Assembly (NCBI GenBank): GCA_040954595.2
Contig: CM082586.2
Location: 2,113,124 to 2,177,123, forward strand
DNA from: Balanoglossus misakiensis
Lineage: Eukaryota > Animalia > Hemichordata
Direction: 5' to 3'
DNA: 64,000 nt
The number at the start of each line of letters is the position of its first letter. The first letter of the stretch is position 1. Positions 50,501-63,890 of this stretch are shown one piece after another. The notes below the pieces were generated by a model. The model saw only the letters and a list, made by a program, of their open reading frames with translations. It was not told where the DNA came from and ran no database searches. The position numbers were made by a program, and so were the translations under genes.

Positions 50501-53500
50501 AGGTTGTGAATCGCCGTGAGAAGGTTTCGCCTGCGCTCTGTGAAAATTGTCGCATTCCAAAAATTACAAAACTGAGTTATCATCAGCGCCTCTGTGGGAT
50601 GTTCAACTGCGTATCATCTTCCGCTAGCCGGGAGTCGCGCTCCTCGTAAACCCGTCACATCTGCCGGTTGTGTGTGTGTACACGCGTTTTGATATTCACA
50701 GCAGAATCCATTGCAGATTGTGAAGTACCTCTGTGGCTCTGACGAAATCAATATCCTTGTTGAAATTTACATATGCAAGAGTTGTTAATTTCACACGCTG
50801 GTGTGCATTTCCATAGAAGCGGACAGCGTATAGTGTCAGCAGCTAGCGGTTCGTCCAGCTTTTTCGTATAATTGACTGATCATCTTCGCGTGACATTTTT
50901 CTTCAGATGGATTATATCAATTTCTCTTGAGGGTATCGGTGTGCATATCTCTCGACGTACTGTGACAAGAGTGTTCCCGAATTAGGAATTATTTGCCTGG
51001 TTGGTTGTCATCTCCACTACGCTTCGCACAAGTCCATGTCACGGCAAACAGTAAGTACAAACCACTCTTCTTCCACTAGTCTCTAATAGTAGCACTTGCG
51101 GTGATTTTAGTTTTCGCTTCAAGGGACAATTTCACTATCCGGCTGGATGTCCAATTCCTGTAACTGCTCGGTATTCATTCGACGACACAGCGATAGGGTT
51201 AGCAATTTTACAGATGCGGGTTCTTGACTTGTCAAGAAGCAGGTCTGCGCACAAGTGCATCTTTGCCTACCCTTACCTTCGCAACGTAAACTATAATTAT
51301 GCATCGCGACCCCTCGGGAGAAAAATAACCTCATCCAAAGGACAAGTTCTTTCTGTTCCTTTGGTTACCTTGATTCCATAATGAGAAGGTTGTTTTTCGT
51401 ATTTGCTCACTGGAGCATCATAGGTATACATGTAACATGCATCTACCATGGCATAGTTTATAGTATCTGCCATAAATTATGCCATTGCTGGTATGTGTGG
51501 TGCTGGTATTCCCAGCATCTACCGGTACAGTGGTCAGTGACTCAGCAAGTCGCAATAAGACTGTACCACTAAGACAGAAGACCAGTATTTTATCTGCAAC
51601 TCGGGAAAAGCGGCTGTATCTTTCTGTAACGGCGGTGACATATATTTGCATTCAAATGGGCGAGGTGCATGTTTCTTCGACTTCGTTCAATGGAAAAATA
51701 AATATAATATTTGCAATTCGACGAAGCAATTCAAAATATGCCGCGCTCCCTCCCCTTCCCTCTCATCCCCCTCTCCCATTTCTCTTCTCACACACCTTCC
51801 GCATAAAAGGTGACCCCTTTCCATTATACAATGTATACATGATAATACAACATCATGTGGGCGATGCACATCAGAGATATTGTTAGACGTCGATGCGTTG
51901 ACAGCTAGGTTTCTCAGAGGCAGTGTCAGAGACACCATGTCGGTGCGTCATCGCAAATGCTTGTCTCGTGGATATGTCACTGTTCAGCAGAACAAAAAAA
52001 AATGTTCACCGAGGTGAGAGCTGCCAAATGCGCAAGAACCCTACATCAATTAAAACCATTTGAAATCGCGTATTGATATGACACGCCGTTTTATTGACGC
52101 GTGCCAGTTCATTTGTTGGTTAGCCTACTCAGGCGGCTCTCTCAACGCAAATCGTTGGTAGGTTTAATCGCATAGGTTTTCCCCAGCTGAGAAACCTTCA
52201 CGGCTGATCGGCCAACTTAATGGACCCATTAGATATCGTCATTGACTACTTCTGGGTGACAGAGCTCGCTCATCTGGTCAGTCTGAACGCCATGCACGCT
52301 CATGCACACCCAACAAACATTGAGGTGAGGCATTTCGTGGTGTCATACCATCATGTAACATTACAGAATGACGACACTTTCTGTCGGATTTTCAATTTGA
52401 CTTAAGGTCATTAACAGTAATCTGTCAGTAAAGGAAACAGACACAATAGTAAACGCTGTACGCAGGAAATTCTCTGATCTCGCTGGTCGTTGACAGATGT
52501 GTCACGTTCTTTAAAGGACAAATTACTGACACTATATGGTCGTTCATAGCAGAACCCTTTGAGTACAGTGATTCAAGCTGCTGATTTGTTCTTGTTCACT
52601 CTGGGAGCGGTCGCCGCCCTTCTTAGTTTGATGTAGCAACAGAACAGTGTTAATTGATTATTGCAGGTGGTGCGTATTTAACTGGCGAGTGTTGTTTCTG
52701 CACTAGAGCTGCGAAATTGTTAAACTACGTCAATGAATGCATGCATTTGTCGTGTGATACAATAAATTGTACAATCGTCTGTAAACCGTGATGATGACGT
52801 CTCAGTGACTTGTCAATAACTTCCTGCCATCTCCATTTCTTTAGACAGGCTTCTATATTTGCAACCATTTCAGATTTACATAACGTTCCGTGTCTGTTTG
52901 TCGCTGCGCACTGAGATTCTGTCAGCGTGGTCTCTGAAATTCCAGATCTGCATCTCTTGCAGCATTACGCATCTATTGAATCTTTCTAAAAAGCATATTC
53001 ATTATCTCTTAAAAACCAAGGTCGTTAATACACTGTAATTAACGGAATGAAAAAGTAATTACATTTCTTTATTAAATTTTCATCATTTTTTGGCTTGTTC
53101 AATTTCGACATAATTGAATTAGAGGCTGAATGAGTTCATCGTTGTCGATCAAGCATTGCCCCACTCCATCGCCGACAAACTAAAACAAATGACAGAAACC
53201 CAAATAAGCTATTGACAATGAAGAATGTTAAAAGCGAATACAAGCAAAGATCGTGTGTTCTGATAGCATGCCCTATGCAGCACTTTTCTGCAGAGACAAC
53301 ATCGATATGCAATTAAGTTAAAGGGTGGATGTCGTCCCGTCGGCGGCTGTAGGTCCCGTGCGACACAGTTGCTAGCAAGTCAAAGTAGGCGCAAAGTGTA
53401 ACTGGGTTTTTGCACACGGCGACCACTCCTATGACTGCTTCTGAGTCATATATAGGAGCAGTTGCCATAGGTAACCAACCCTCGGGCAACTGTGGTTGGT

Positions 53501-55489
53501 GTAATATCACAGCCACTGACCTGCTCTCAAGAAAATCTCAAACACGTGTCAATTGACTTGCACCACAAAGCCCAGAAGTGTCTCGCCACGGAATTGAAAC
53601 CTGCATCATCCGCCTCTCAAAGAAACAGAACCAAACAAGCTAGCTATAGTTCACTGCATGCATTTTGTGTGATCAATGTACTGGTACCGAACACTTATTA
53701 CAGCCCATGCAATTTGCCATGGTAACTGTTAAGTGTTTTGCTACTGTTACCCTTGATGTTGTGTGAAATAGCCTGCTATGTATGCCACTCATGGACAGGT
53801 TTATGTGTCATTCTAGTGTGTCAAAGTCAGCGAGAGGTTTTCACACCTGTATTCACATGTTCTCTCTTCTTTCGTATTAACCACTTCAGATTGTATGACT
53901 TGTGGTGTATTTTGAACTTTCCTCTCTCCTTCATTTCAAAACACCAAGGCTTTGGCAATCTTTTCACCCAAGGGAGAGCCATTAATGGTCCAATCCGCCA
54001 TGGTCGTTGTATTTGCATATCATTGAATTGCTTTGTATCAATGATCTGGTGTCGTGATGGATTATTTTTCATTTTATGAGGAGGTGTGATATTGTTGATT
54101 TCTCAGAAAAAACAATCCCTCAGATCAAACGATGCTTCAACGATTCAAAGGAGTGTAGAGAGATTTCCACAATTCCACTGACACCCTGACCAGAGAAAAT
54201 GTTGTATTCTGCAATGTAAATGCAGCACAAGGTTGCTGTGAATCAGATTTCTGTCAGATGCCGGCCACCTGCTTCATGTGACCTCTCGTGTACTTAGATA
54301 CGTCATCAAGGGAAAACCAAGAAGAAAGGCCGTTGACACTGTTACAAAAACAGAGTTGTTGATTGATCGTGGACACTCTTATGGTTATCTCTGCTGTGCC
54401 GATTGATGGCTGTGTGTTTTTGGCTGCTGATTTTACAGCTAGGTAAACTGCTTCTCTCAGCTGGAGTCCAGATATTCAAAACAATGGAGAAAACGCACTG
54501 TTGGAACAATGGAAATTGTAATATTTATAAACAGAACAGTCGCGCATGTGCAGTTCAAACCTCCCTCCCCTTTAAGATAAATGTTGTTGAATGGTATCAA
54601 TAGTTAGTGATACTTTCATGTGCATCGTGATATTAAACAAGATACACATTTCAATGAATGTTGAGGCGATGGTATCATCACTGTTGGGCAGAAATGTTGA
54701 TCCCACGTGTGCATATTAACATAGACCATATCGCATTAATGTTTTGCCCTGCAGATAAAGCTGCTCACCCTTTATCTAGTATTTGAACGGTAACGTGATC
54801 TGATCCCTTGACGGTATTGCAGGGAATGGCTCAGAAAATTGCGATCCATATCAAACACCACTGAGATTTCCACTTCATTCACTGATGCCTTGGGTCTAAT
54901 TTTGGGCCATGACACACTTTCTCCCAAATGCATAAGTACATGGAATTTTAAAAACATTTCAGAAAAGGCCACAGGTGTTGCATAGTAAGTCAAAGGGTCA
55001 AGATGAGAGACTATAACAAACTCAACATGTAGCACATTTATTTCCAGTTACATGGATATGGACAAAGTAGTCTATCCACAAAACATCACAATGATTCTGC
55101 TATAGTGACGACAAACAGGTCAGTATGCAGCAAATCTCGCACAAATATGTCGAACGCGTGGAATCACGGTTACCCAGTAATCTAAAATCTTAAAAGAAAT
55201 ATAGGACATTGCCAGACTCCTCGGTGCATGTCGGTATACTATTGATCCCTTTGGCTAACAACAGGCTTGTTAAATTGGACGTCATCACTGAAAAAGATGG
55301 AATTATTCTCTTCGTCGGTGGTATAACAAACTATCAAAGACTCGTCGTGTGCATGTACCGTACAGCTCAGGACCGTAACCCTAGATAAATGAAAGGATTG
55401 GTTGTTTGTTTAAGAACTAAATCCTTATTCTGTATGTCCCAGGGTCACATGTACACGAATTTTGTTTTTCATTTAGAAAAAATCACTAC

Positions 55490-55683
55490 TCTTCAGAGAG
55501 TCAACACAGAGATGGCGGCCATTTTGAATGTCAAATTTAAGACAATTTTGCTCTCATTCAAAATTTTGCATGGAGAACCCAATTTTTTATTCTCGACTTG
55601 GAGAGAGAATAATCTAAAGTTGCCCCGAGCAAAATATGAGCAAAAGTTTCTGACTTTGATTTTCGAAGCGCTTTCTGCCTTAT
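55490..55683. mobile_element. One arm of a non-autonomous DNA element (Kolobok-like; recalled as abundant in hemichordate genomes)
   Basis: Contains GATGGCGGCCATTTTGAAT, AAAATTTTGCATGGAGAACCC and TGAGCAAAAGTTT, and ends TTTCGAAGCGCTTTCTGCCTTA. The family assignment is from recall, not a search. Confidence 0.55.
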
Positions 55684-58600
55684 TGCTTGATCGTTGCGTT
55701 ATTTATCATGCAGTATAATTCCAAGGTCCATTGAAGTCCGCTTAGTGGAATACTGAAGTAATTACGAAAAGAAGGGATTTTTATGTCAGACATTGCGTTG
55801 TTCGAATGAGGAATAAATACACTTGTAATCTGTAAAATCTTGACTGGGATTGAAATGTAATGTCCGAAATCTTGATTTACAAAAGGACGTGCAAATTTTG
55901 TGAATAGGAAAATATGGAAGATTTTCCGCAGTTTTTTTTATGGAGATCATGCAATTGTTCGTCTCTTACCTAAGAGCGCTCACGTATTTGCTGTGCATAC
56001 ACGTGACTGTCTCTCAAAAGCTACACCTAGGGGATGCAAGGAGTCATAAAGGTGTTTTATCTGTGCGTAGTTGCGAATATCAACCAGTTTGTACAATACT
56101 GAATCAGGTTTGCTGTTTGGCTTAAGGGCATTGGGAAATTTCAAAGCTCGGAAGTATGTGTATGTCACCGACAAAGGGGACGGATCTCGCCATGAAGTCA
56201 GCTGCCCTGACTATAAAGCGAAACATTAAAGTGAGACATGAAGACTTTAACATTGCAATAAAACGCTAAAGTTCAGTAGAGGTTTTCCCCCACGGCAGCA
56301 GATCGATTTTCTCCCACGATGCGGAAGGACGAAGGTGTCTTGCATTTCCGTCCCTGTTAGCACGCCCCGGTACACGACGTGGCACGTATTGTGATAAAAT
56401 GATCTCGTTAAAACTACAAATCGAAACATTCCCAGACGACTGTAAAAAAGTCACACAGCGTTTGAATAACTACGACTTCAGAATCACCGGACAAGCCCCC
56501 ATCGATGGCCCGTGCCACTTAAATGTACGTTTCAAGCATTTTGCGATTCATCGAACCCATCAAATCTAATAGACGTGTCGTAAACGTGTATAGCGGCGGC
56601 GTTTACTTTATATATATCTATCCTTGATATGGGCCACGTTAATTAAAAAAACGGTGACATTATGTACTCCTCGTCATTACTCGGCATTCACGAAATTATC
56701 TCGGTGTGTATGTAACTAATGGTATAAGGTGTGTTTTAATACACCGAAGTCCATCGTCAATTCAATAGTACGTATAGGTTCCGTTGTTAACCAAATATTC
56801 CCCACACGGCAATATGACATGAAGGATGACGCTTTCCATTTATCCCATGTCAAACGGTCCAAGTGAAAGCATGGGACGTCTGTCATCGTGAAAGCATCGT
56901 TTCACTGAATTCAATAGTTTAGGAGTACGTCTATTCATGTAATGTGATACGTGAGCTCGGTAGCTCAAATGGATTCCCCTCGTTAGATCAGAATTGCTCC
57001 GTCATTACGTGTACGTTCGCAGTACCTGGATGCAAGCTGTTTTGCGTCATCCTCTTGTTCTGATTTTTTTGCAATAGTTGGACAGGCATAGACAGTTTCA
57101 AGGACCACGTGTCTCATATACAAATTAAAACCAGTCTGGAAATGCAAATTTACAGTTTTATAGTGGTGTTATATCTTTCCAGGATTTGCTGTTAAGGTCT
57201 AAGTGTGTTGTTTTGTCTTGTTCTGTTTTCAATAAAGGCACCGAGTCGGAACCTTGCTGTCTTTACAAAGATCTTTCATATATCGTTGTCGTGGTGGTGC
57301 AGAGCAGCGAGGTTGCTATTATTAGGCTGCGATTAGCTGTCTTGTCAATCGACAAATTCCCTGTAATAAATTAAACGGGCCGTCTTCCGGAAGAACTTTG
57401 ACAGCTAAATGCTCTGGGATAATTGATGCTTGAAACCCAACTACATTGCGGTATTAATACTCGTAGGTGTCATGCGTTTAATATTCGACAGAAGATCCGT
57501 TATTGTCGTATCTAAGGCATAAAAATGTCCCGATGTCAAAAGAGTTCAGCGTACGCGTGTTACGCTTCTGTTAATATGGTTAATGGTAATTTGACGAAAA
57601 CACTATAAGGTACCGTTCATTCCCCCCCTCCTCCCGCCCTCCCTCCCTCCCGACTTGACAATAATCGATGGGGTAGTTAATTTTGCACACACATACTCGA
57701 AACCATATATCCGTGTTAAATTATTCAAATTTTAATCTTTAAATGAATACCATTCTTTTGGTCAATTTGTGATAATTAAAAAACACAGAAAGCATTTATT
57801 TCTGTCTCTGTCTTCCAATGTGGACCATCTTCACATGATTGCCACTGATGTATTCATCCCTTGGTTCTAACTGACATAGGGAACAATGATTGTAGAGGAT
57901 GATTGAGCGTATTCTAAGAAATCGTTTTTTATTCCAATTATATTAATTCTGTTAATGGCTCTCGTCTGGATGAAAGCCACGGGGGAGATTATCAGAAAAG
58001 CACGCACCGTATTATTTCATTGACCTCGATTAAAATGTGTGTCATCGGACAGAAAATTATGCCAAATCAGACGCTTACAATCGGAGAACAATTGGAAGGG
58101 TTTCTAACATACGAATGTTTTCAGTACTTTAACACTTTAATCAGGCGTAGATTGACCATGACTTTAAAATTTAAAATTCAGTTAAGTATAATTGTAAACA
58201 GTGTGTTTGTTCTAGTATAGATGTCAGCTCCTTCTAACTGCAAAATACAAAAAAGGAAGTTGTCCTCGTGACTAACTATTGTCCTCACTATCAGCTGGCA
58301 ATTTCCAAGAAAATAAGTCAAATAAGACATTGCACTTTGTAATTGGCCTTAGCATGCGTCACAGGACACGCGTTAAAAGTGTTCTCACCTGCAGGCGAAA
58401 GAAGAGTGACGGCGTGTTTACGTGCTTACCCGGGCGTGTATGCATTTTGTTCGTCACTCAAGCTATAACTTCGCCGATATTGCACGAAGATTGGACGAAT
58501 GTCTTCGTTGTCTATTTTGAAAGAGGCTTGTTGGCCAACTATGCGTGCGATCCCCATCTCCCAAGATATTACTCATTGGTGTAAGCATGAAATATTAGAG

Positions 58601-58687
58601 CCGGTATCAGTTTAATCGAGAACATGTTGACGAGATCCGTTACCAATAAATCATGACATTATACGCCGTATATATACGAGGATGTCT

Positions 58688-58788
58688 TTAACCCTTGCAT
58701 AGCCCCCCCCCCCCCCCATTTTCGTGAAAGTGAACCAACCCTCGCCATTCAGGGATTAGTACCAAATACAGAAGTGGTGAAACGTTAA
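58688..58788. mobile_element. Small TTAA-flanked MITE, probably the same family as 28677-28767 in opposite orientation, with poly-C expansion
   Basis: TTAACCCTTGCA...GTGGTGAAACGTTAA has TTAA at both ends and imperfect TIRs. Confidence 0.5.
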
Positions 58789-59639
58789 GCTAAAAGACCA
58801 TTATTGGATCTGCTAGTATTTTGGAATTCATGACTGTGGGAAAAAAAACGAATGGATTGAAAGAAGCTTCCATAAAAGTATATTACATTCTTTGTTTTTA
58901 ACTTTGCAATTTCCTCCTAAAAGCATGAAGCAATCTCCACTATATCAAGCAATATCTCTTTGGTTATATCCGGAATGTGCCTCTGTAATGTATGGTGAAT
59001 GATGTAAAGCTTGCCTTTACTGCGGAATAATGCCGACAATTATATTTATTGTCTGACTCATAAATTTTTGTTTCCTCGCGTTTTTAATGCATATTTTCTC
59101 TCAATACATGAATACATAACGTCATTTCAGCACTAACATCGAGTTATTCATTTTGCCAATCACGTTTGAGTCGCGATAACTATCTTCAAAGATCCGCATA
59201 GATCTTGTGGGGGAGGGGAGTACAGCTAAACCTCATGTAAACCTGAACGCGAAATTGAAATAAAGTTGTGATCGTCGCTCAAGTCACACAGAATGAACGA
59301 TAATAATAAAACTGTTTGCATACATCTTTCAATATCGGGATGCGACGTTAGAAAGATCAATGTCAACCGAGGATTGTGGATATCCCCATTGCATATTTTA
59401 TCGTCGCTATTTACATAAAGTGTTACCGAAGTGGACGGGCCCAGAGATGCTTTTATGGACGATTTTAATGGACGCCAACTTGCAAGACGACCGAAATGGC
59501 AGCCACGATAGCGCCCACACGTTCGACGAACCTATTTTAATCATACAATATATCAAATTCTTCTAGCTTTCAAACGAGCGCTAATGACACTAAAGAAATC
59601 CATAACTCGCGTTGAAAACATGGCTTTCCGGATTAAGCT

Positions 59640-59882
59640 TTCACGCCGACGTTTTTGACCGCAGCAGGAATCTCCATATCTCAATAATTCTTACGACGTG
59701 TATTTGGGATGGATTGCGAGGCGCGGCGCATGACCATTGATCGGCGGCGAGCGAAAATTGATAAACATGTAGAATACAGCGGAGCCCGCGAGAAGAACAG
59801 CTGACGCATGGATGAAATTTCATCGGCTGTATAGAGTCTGCATCGACTTCGATCGACAGCGCTGAAAGGCGTGTTGCATTGC
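59640..59882 (+). promoter_or_regulatory. CpG-rich promoter/5'UTR of the gene starting at 59883, with short uORFs
   Basis: Dense CpG (GCGAGGCGCGGCGC, CGGCGGCGAGCG) precedes the exon. Upstream ATGs at 59808 and 59812 open short ORFs that stop before 59883. Confidence 0.5.
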
Positions 59883-59984
59883 ATGGGATTTGTAAAGGCG
59901 AACGACAAATCAGTTGGATTTCGGATAATGGAATCTGAAAGCGATAAGCCGGCAAATGCCAAACCGAAAAGGTCCATTTTGAAG
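59883..59984 (+). CDS. Probable first coding exon of an unidentified gene: MGFVKANDKSVGFRIMESESDKPANAKPKRSILK (alternative start at the in-frame ATG 59928)
   Basis: A 34-codon open frame follows a CpG-rich promoter-like region and ends at a strong phase-0 donor AAG|GTGAGG (59984/59985). No downstream exon was identified within the window. Confidence 0.55.
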
Positions 59985-60874
59985 GTGAGGAGTGAGTTAT
60001 TTTCGCAAGTGTGAGTTTGAAAAACAGACTGGGTGATCATTTTGAATTTTAAAAGGGGAAATGATTCAACGTATACGCTTTCATTTGGACTAATATTGTT
60101 TTGACGGCTCTGGCGTGTTGCATTGACATTCGAGAGTGCTAATTGTAGCCTTCATTCTGCAAGTATGTCACGTAAATGTGAAAATGAAACGCCAGCTGAT
60201 GTGCTGTCAAGAGAATATACTGATATTCAGGAGATTTGTGTCACAATCACTGTCGTCTAATCAATCAGGCAATTATTACAATCCATATCTGGACGTTTGC
60301 TGGAACGTTTCGCTAACAGACAGCCGAGTAGCTGAACGAGTCTCCCGCGTGGCTCATTTAACGTCAGCGTGCTTGGTCTGGTCGATTTGTCAAAGCCATC
60401 GAATGTGGGCCATGCCGATCCCGAGGGCGGGCGTCTTGGTGTTTTCAAACCTAAACTGATTACACAGGGGCACAGTTCATGCAAAATCATGCAACGACCA
60501 AACAGCGTTTTGTCTCCGTGAGAACCTCGTCAACGTTGCACAGTTTTAATTGCATAATGAGATGGCATAAGATGTTTAATTCAACCGTATCATTTACCTA
60601 TTAGAAATTCTATTGTGGCTATTATCTGTCCACACTGAGATAAAGCACACGCAAACTTGTGATGATATTAAATCAGATCTCGTATTTCATTGAGTAGAAC
60701 CATTGAATGGAACGAGTTCTACCTTACCCGACATTGATTTCCTACGTCCCAGGGCTTAAAATCTGTAATGTATAAAACATCTTAGTTATTAACACCTCGT
60801 TTCAAAAATTGCAGTTTGATTTGCAAGTTGACGGAAATCCTAGGTTTATTAAAACTGGCATGTCGCATTATTTA

Positions 60875-61188
60875 AGCAATAAAACACCCCCAGCCATGGT
60901 ATACCACGAGATTTTGACCAGTTCACGACATATACGCACGAGCGATAGCGAGTGTGTATATGGAGTTGAACTGGTCAAAATCGAGTGGTATACCATGGCT
61001 TGGGGTGTTTTATTGCTATTATATTATGCCAGTATATTGAAACTTTGCATAAAACATTTTAAAAAGGCATTTTCTTTGACTATGATATATGACTGTGATA
61101 TATGGCTAATATATCATGGTCACGTGTCGTGTCTCGACCAATCAAATAGCGTGATTTACACCATCAATATACTGGTATAATATAATAG
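60875..61188. mobile_element. Palindromic non-autonomous element with two adjacent inverted-repeat pairs
   Basis: A hairpin spans 60875-61017 (AGCAATAAAACACCCC...GGGGTGTTTTATTGCT, arms about 65 bp, loop GAGCGATAGCGA). A second IR pairs 61016-61040 with 61164-61188 (24/25 match). Confidence 0.8.
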
Positions 61189-63761
61189 TGGATAATACCA
61201 TGTGGGCAGGATGACACTTTTGTGAAGGAAAAACGCAAAAAGATCAAACTAATATGTGCTTTTACTATATAGACCCATTCACTCTAGGGAAAGCCCGTCA
61301 TACTGTGAAGTTTATTCGGACACATTATTAAACATTCATTGGATGTGGGCATACGTTCTGACGGCTTTGATAAGTACTCTGCGGCACGCATGGCAAACCG
61401 ACCTAAAGCTCATTTTCTTTCAAATTCGCCTTCAAGATGTAGGTCAGCACCCTGAATTATGTTTTGACTATTACGTTAGAATCCTTAATCATCCCCGGAA
61501 TCTTAACTCTGTCGTTTGTGACGCAAGCAGACTCAGATACATTTAGATATAGAAACAATTTATCTCCCGTGCATGTTAGAAGATACATTACCTAATAACA
61601 ACACGAGTTGGTATTCTGAACGCGATGCCATCACAGTCATGTGTAATGGTTGCTCCTCGGTTTCGATATGCCATTAGGTGACCCCAGCCGACCCTTTAAG
61701 TTAGCGCAGTAACCCTATTCTGCTACTTAGCCAGACGACTCACTTTTAAATCATTCGTTGTGCCATTGCAGCTGACTTCTGCCGTGTGCCAATCACTTCG
61801 TTCATGTGTGTAAAAGACGCCGTAGTCTGGGGAGTGTACCATCTGATTTTTTAATTAAAAGCAAACACAGTTCTTTATTGCCATATCAAATATCTCAGTT
61901 AAATATTACTTTTTACAAAGTAAATAAATCAAAATTATTGATTGTGTGTGTGCTTTATGATGCTTTCACATAAACTTTGTGAATGGTATCTTGTTTTTCA
62001 TTCTAAATGTCTTATATGCTCGATGTTGATTTACCTTTCAAAATAAACATATGTGTGTGACATTATACGTTGCAAGGACGTTTGTTGGGCATATGGTTTG
62101 CGCGTCACCAGAATTAACTATGATATTTTATATGATAATAATATGTAAAGTAATATGCAGAAAGCTTTTGTGATTATGTAGAATCCTGGCCATGGCATGT
62201 TCTGTGCCCCCCCCCCCCCGGCAATACAGTCAGGTTACAGCCCTGAGAAGTCGGATACGCTTAGCGAGTTCTCCTGTTTCCACGACTAACACTTGTTAGA
62301 CATCTTTGAAGAATGTTATTGGCTTAATTCCCTCACGAGGAATGCCGCCGTTCATTGATTTCGACTGATGAGATTGATCATGTCGATTGTATGCCCGCCG
62401 GGGATAATCTCGTACCACACCAGCGCTAAATGTGTTTCCGTGAAGGCAAGGTTTCCCGCTTTTTGTCCAGAAACGCAGCTCCGGGCGTTAAGGTACTATG
62501 ACAGACAAATCCGTGATCATTCGCAAATTTAATAACATCTACGGAAATCGGCGATACTATTATGACATTTAACTTATATGTGCATCTCACAAAACGGATG
62601 TTGACGTAAATTATTAAAATGATATACTTGACGGCGGTCGACACCGACTGAAAAAAATGTGGTCAACTTAACACACACGCGAGGGTTGGAGAAATGGGTG
62701 TGTGTGCACGTGAGTGCATTTATGAAGGTCACCTTGAGGTTTCTTCCTAATGCAATGTTCGTGTTGAAGAGACAAAGAAGATTCATATCTGCTGAGTGAA
62801 TTGTCTTGTCTCTTGTTGTACGAATACGATGCCGGTCACGCAATGCAATAGGTCAAACACTCTCGGCAGTCTTGCTGGGTCGTTGTGCTCGGGCGCTCAA
62901 CACGATGTTATCTCATGCAAAAGCAATCCATCATTGGGTCGACCTTTTTACGAAAACTGGGAAATCTGTTGAGCATGGCGCTGGCGATGCAATCTGTCAG
63001 CTCTGGCAATTTTATCAGACGGCTCTTCCTGATTGCGTTTCATTCATCCAAAATGTCCGCTTGTTGTAGTCTTGCTTCGGACGTGTAAATGTACTTACAA
63101 TTCATTGATTCAGATTATAGATGTGCTATGTTTACATTCAGGGAAAGATCAAGTCATTTTAAAGTTGCTATTTACAAGTCCCAAGATGATTAAAGGGGAA
63201 GAATCGTCAGAACTGCACATGCGCGACTTTTCTGTTTATAAACAAATCATCTGCTTTGTTCAGTTCCCACTGTGCAGGAAAACCCTGCAAACCAATATTG
63301 ACTTCCTATCTACTGTGTTGTATGGGACCCATGCAGCCGCTGACTGGATGACCCCTGACCCCAATACAGACGACCACCATATTATACAGAGTGATTGTTT
63401 ATCCTTTTCAACTAGACGTGCCTTCAAATGTACTGACAAACCATGTGCGTGCTTTTACGTGAATCTGCGAAAGTGAAAAAAATTGTCATTGAGATCCATC
63501 GGTTGCGATATATTTTCAGGCGACGCCGATTTCCTCTCGGTATATGCACTACTGTTGCTAAAAGGTGAGAACGTGCCTCCGCCTAAGGCTGGTGACGGTT
63601 CTCGTTAGACAATCGACCACTCAACGCAAATAGTGCTCGATTATTCGTGTTCGTCGAAGGCGCTCCATACACTGCCTGTGGTCAACAGAGAGAATTTTCA
63701 AATTTCTGATAAATCAACGGAAACATACCAAAACAACATCGATAATAATGCTGCATTTACA

Positions 63762-63890
63762 ACAGTACAGTACAGTACAGTACAGTACAGTACAGTACAG
63801 TACAGTACAGTACAGTACAGTACAGTACAGTACAGTACAGTACAGTACAGTACAGTACAGTACAGTACAGTACAGCATAGTACAGTACAG
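63762..63890. repeat. (CAGTA)n pentanucleotide microsatellite, about 26 units, one imperfect stretch near the end
   Basis: Directly visible tandem ACAGT array. Confidence 0.98.

Noticed and set aside
58957-59011. miR-9-like TCTTTGGTTAT with a downstream TAAAGCT
   Set aside because: Only 11 nt match and the two arms do not pair into a pre-miRNA hairpin.
13400-59800. Numerous 60-130 aa ORFs in the supplied track
   Set aside because: They have no recognisable domains, often use TTG/GTG starts, lack coding-like composition and do not form a splice-consistent chain. This is expected by chance in intronic or intergenic DNA.
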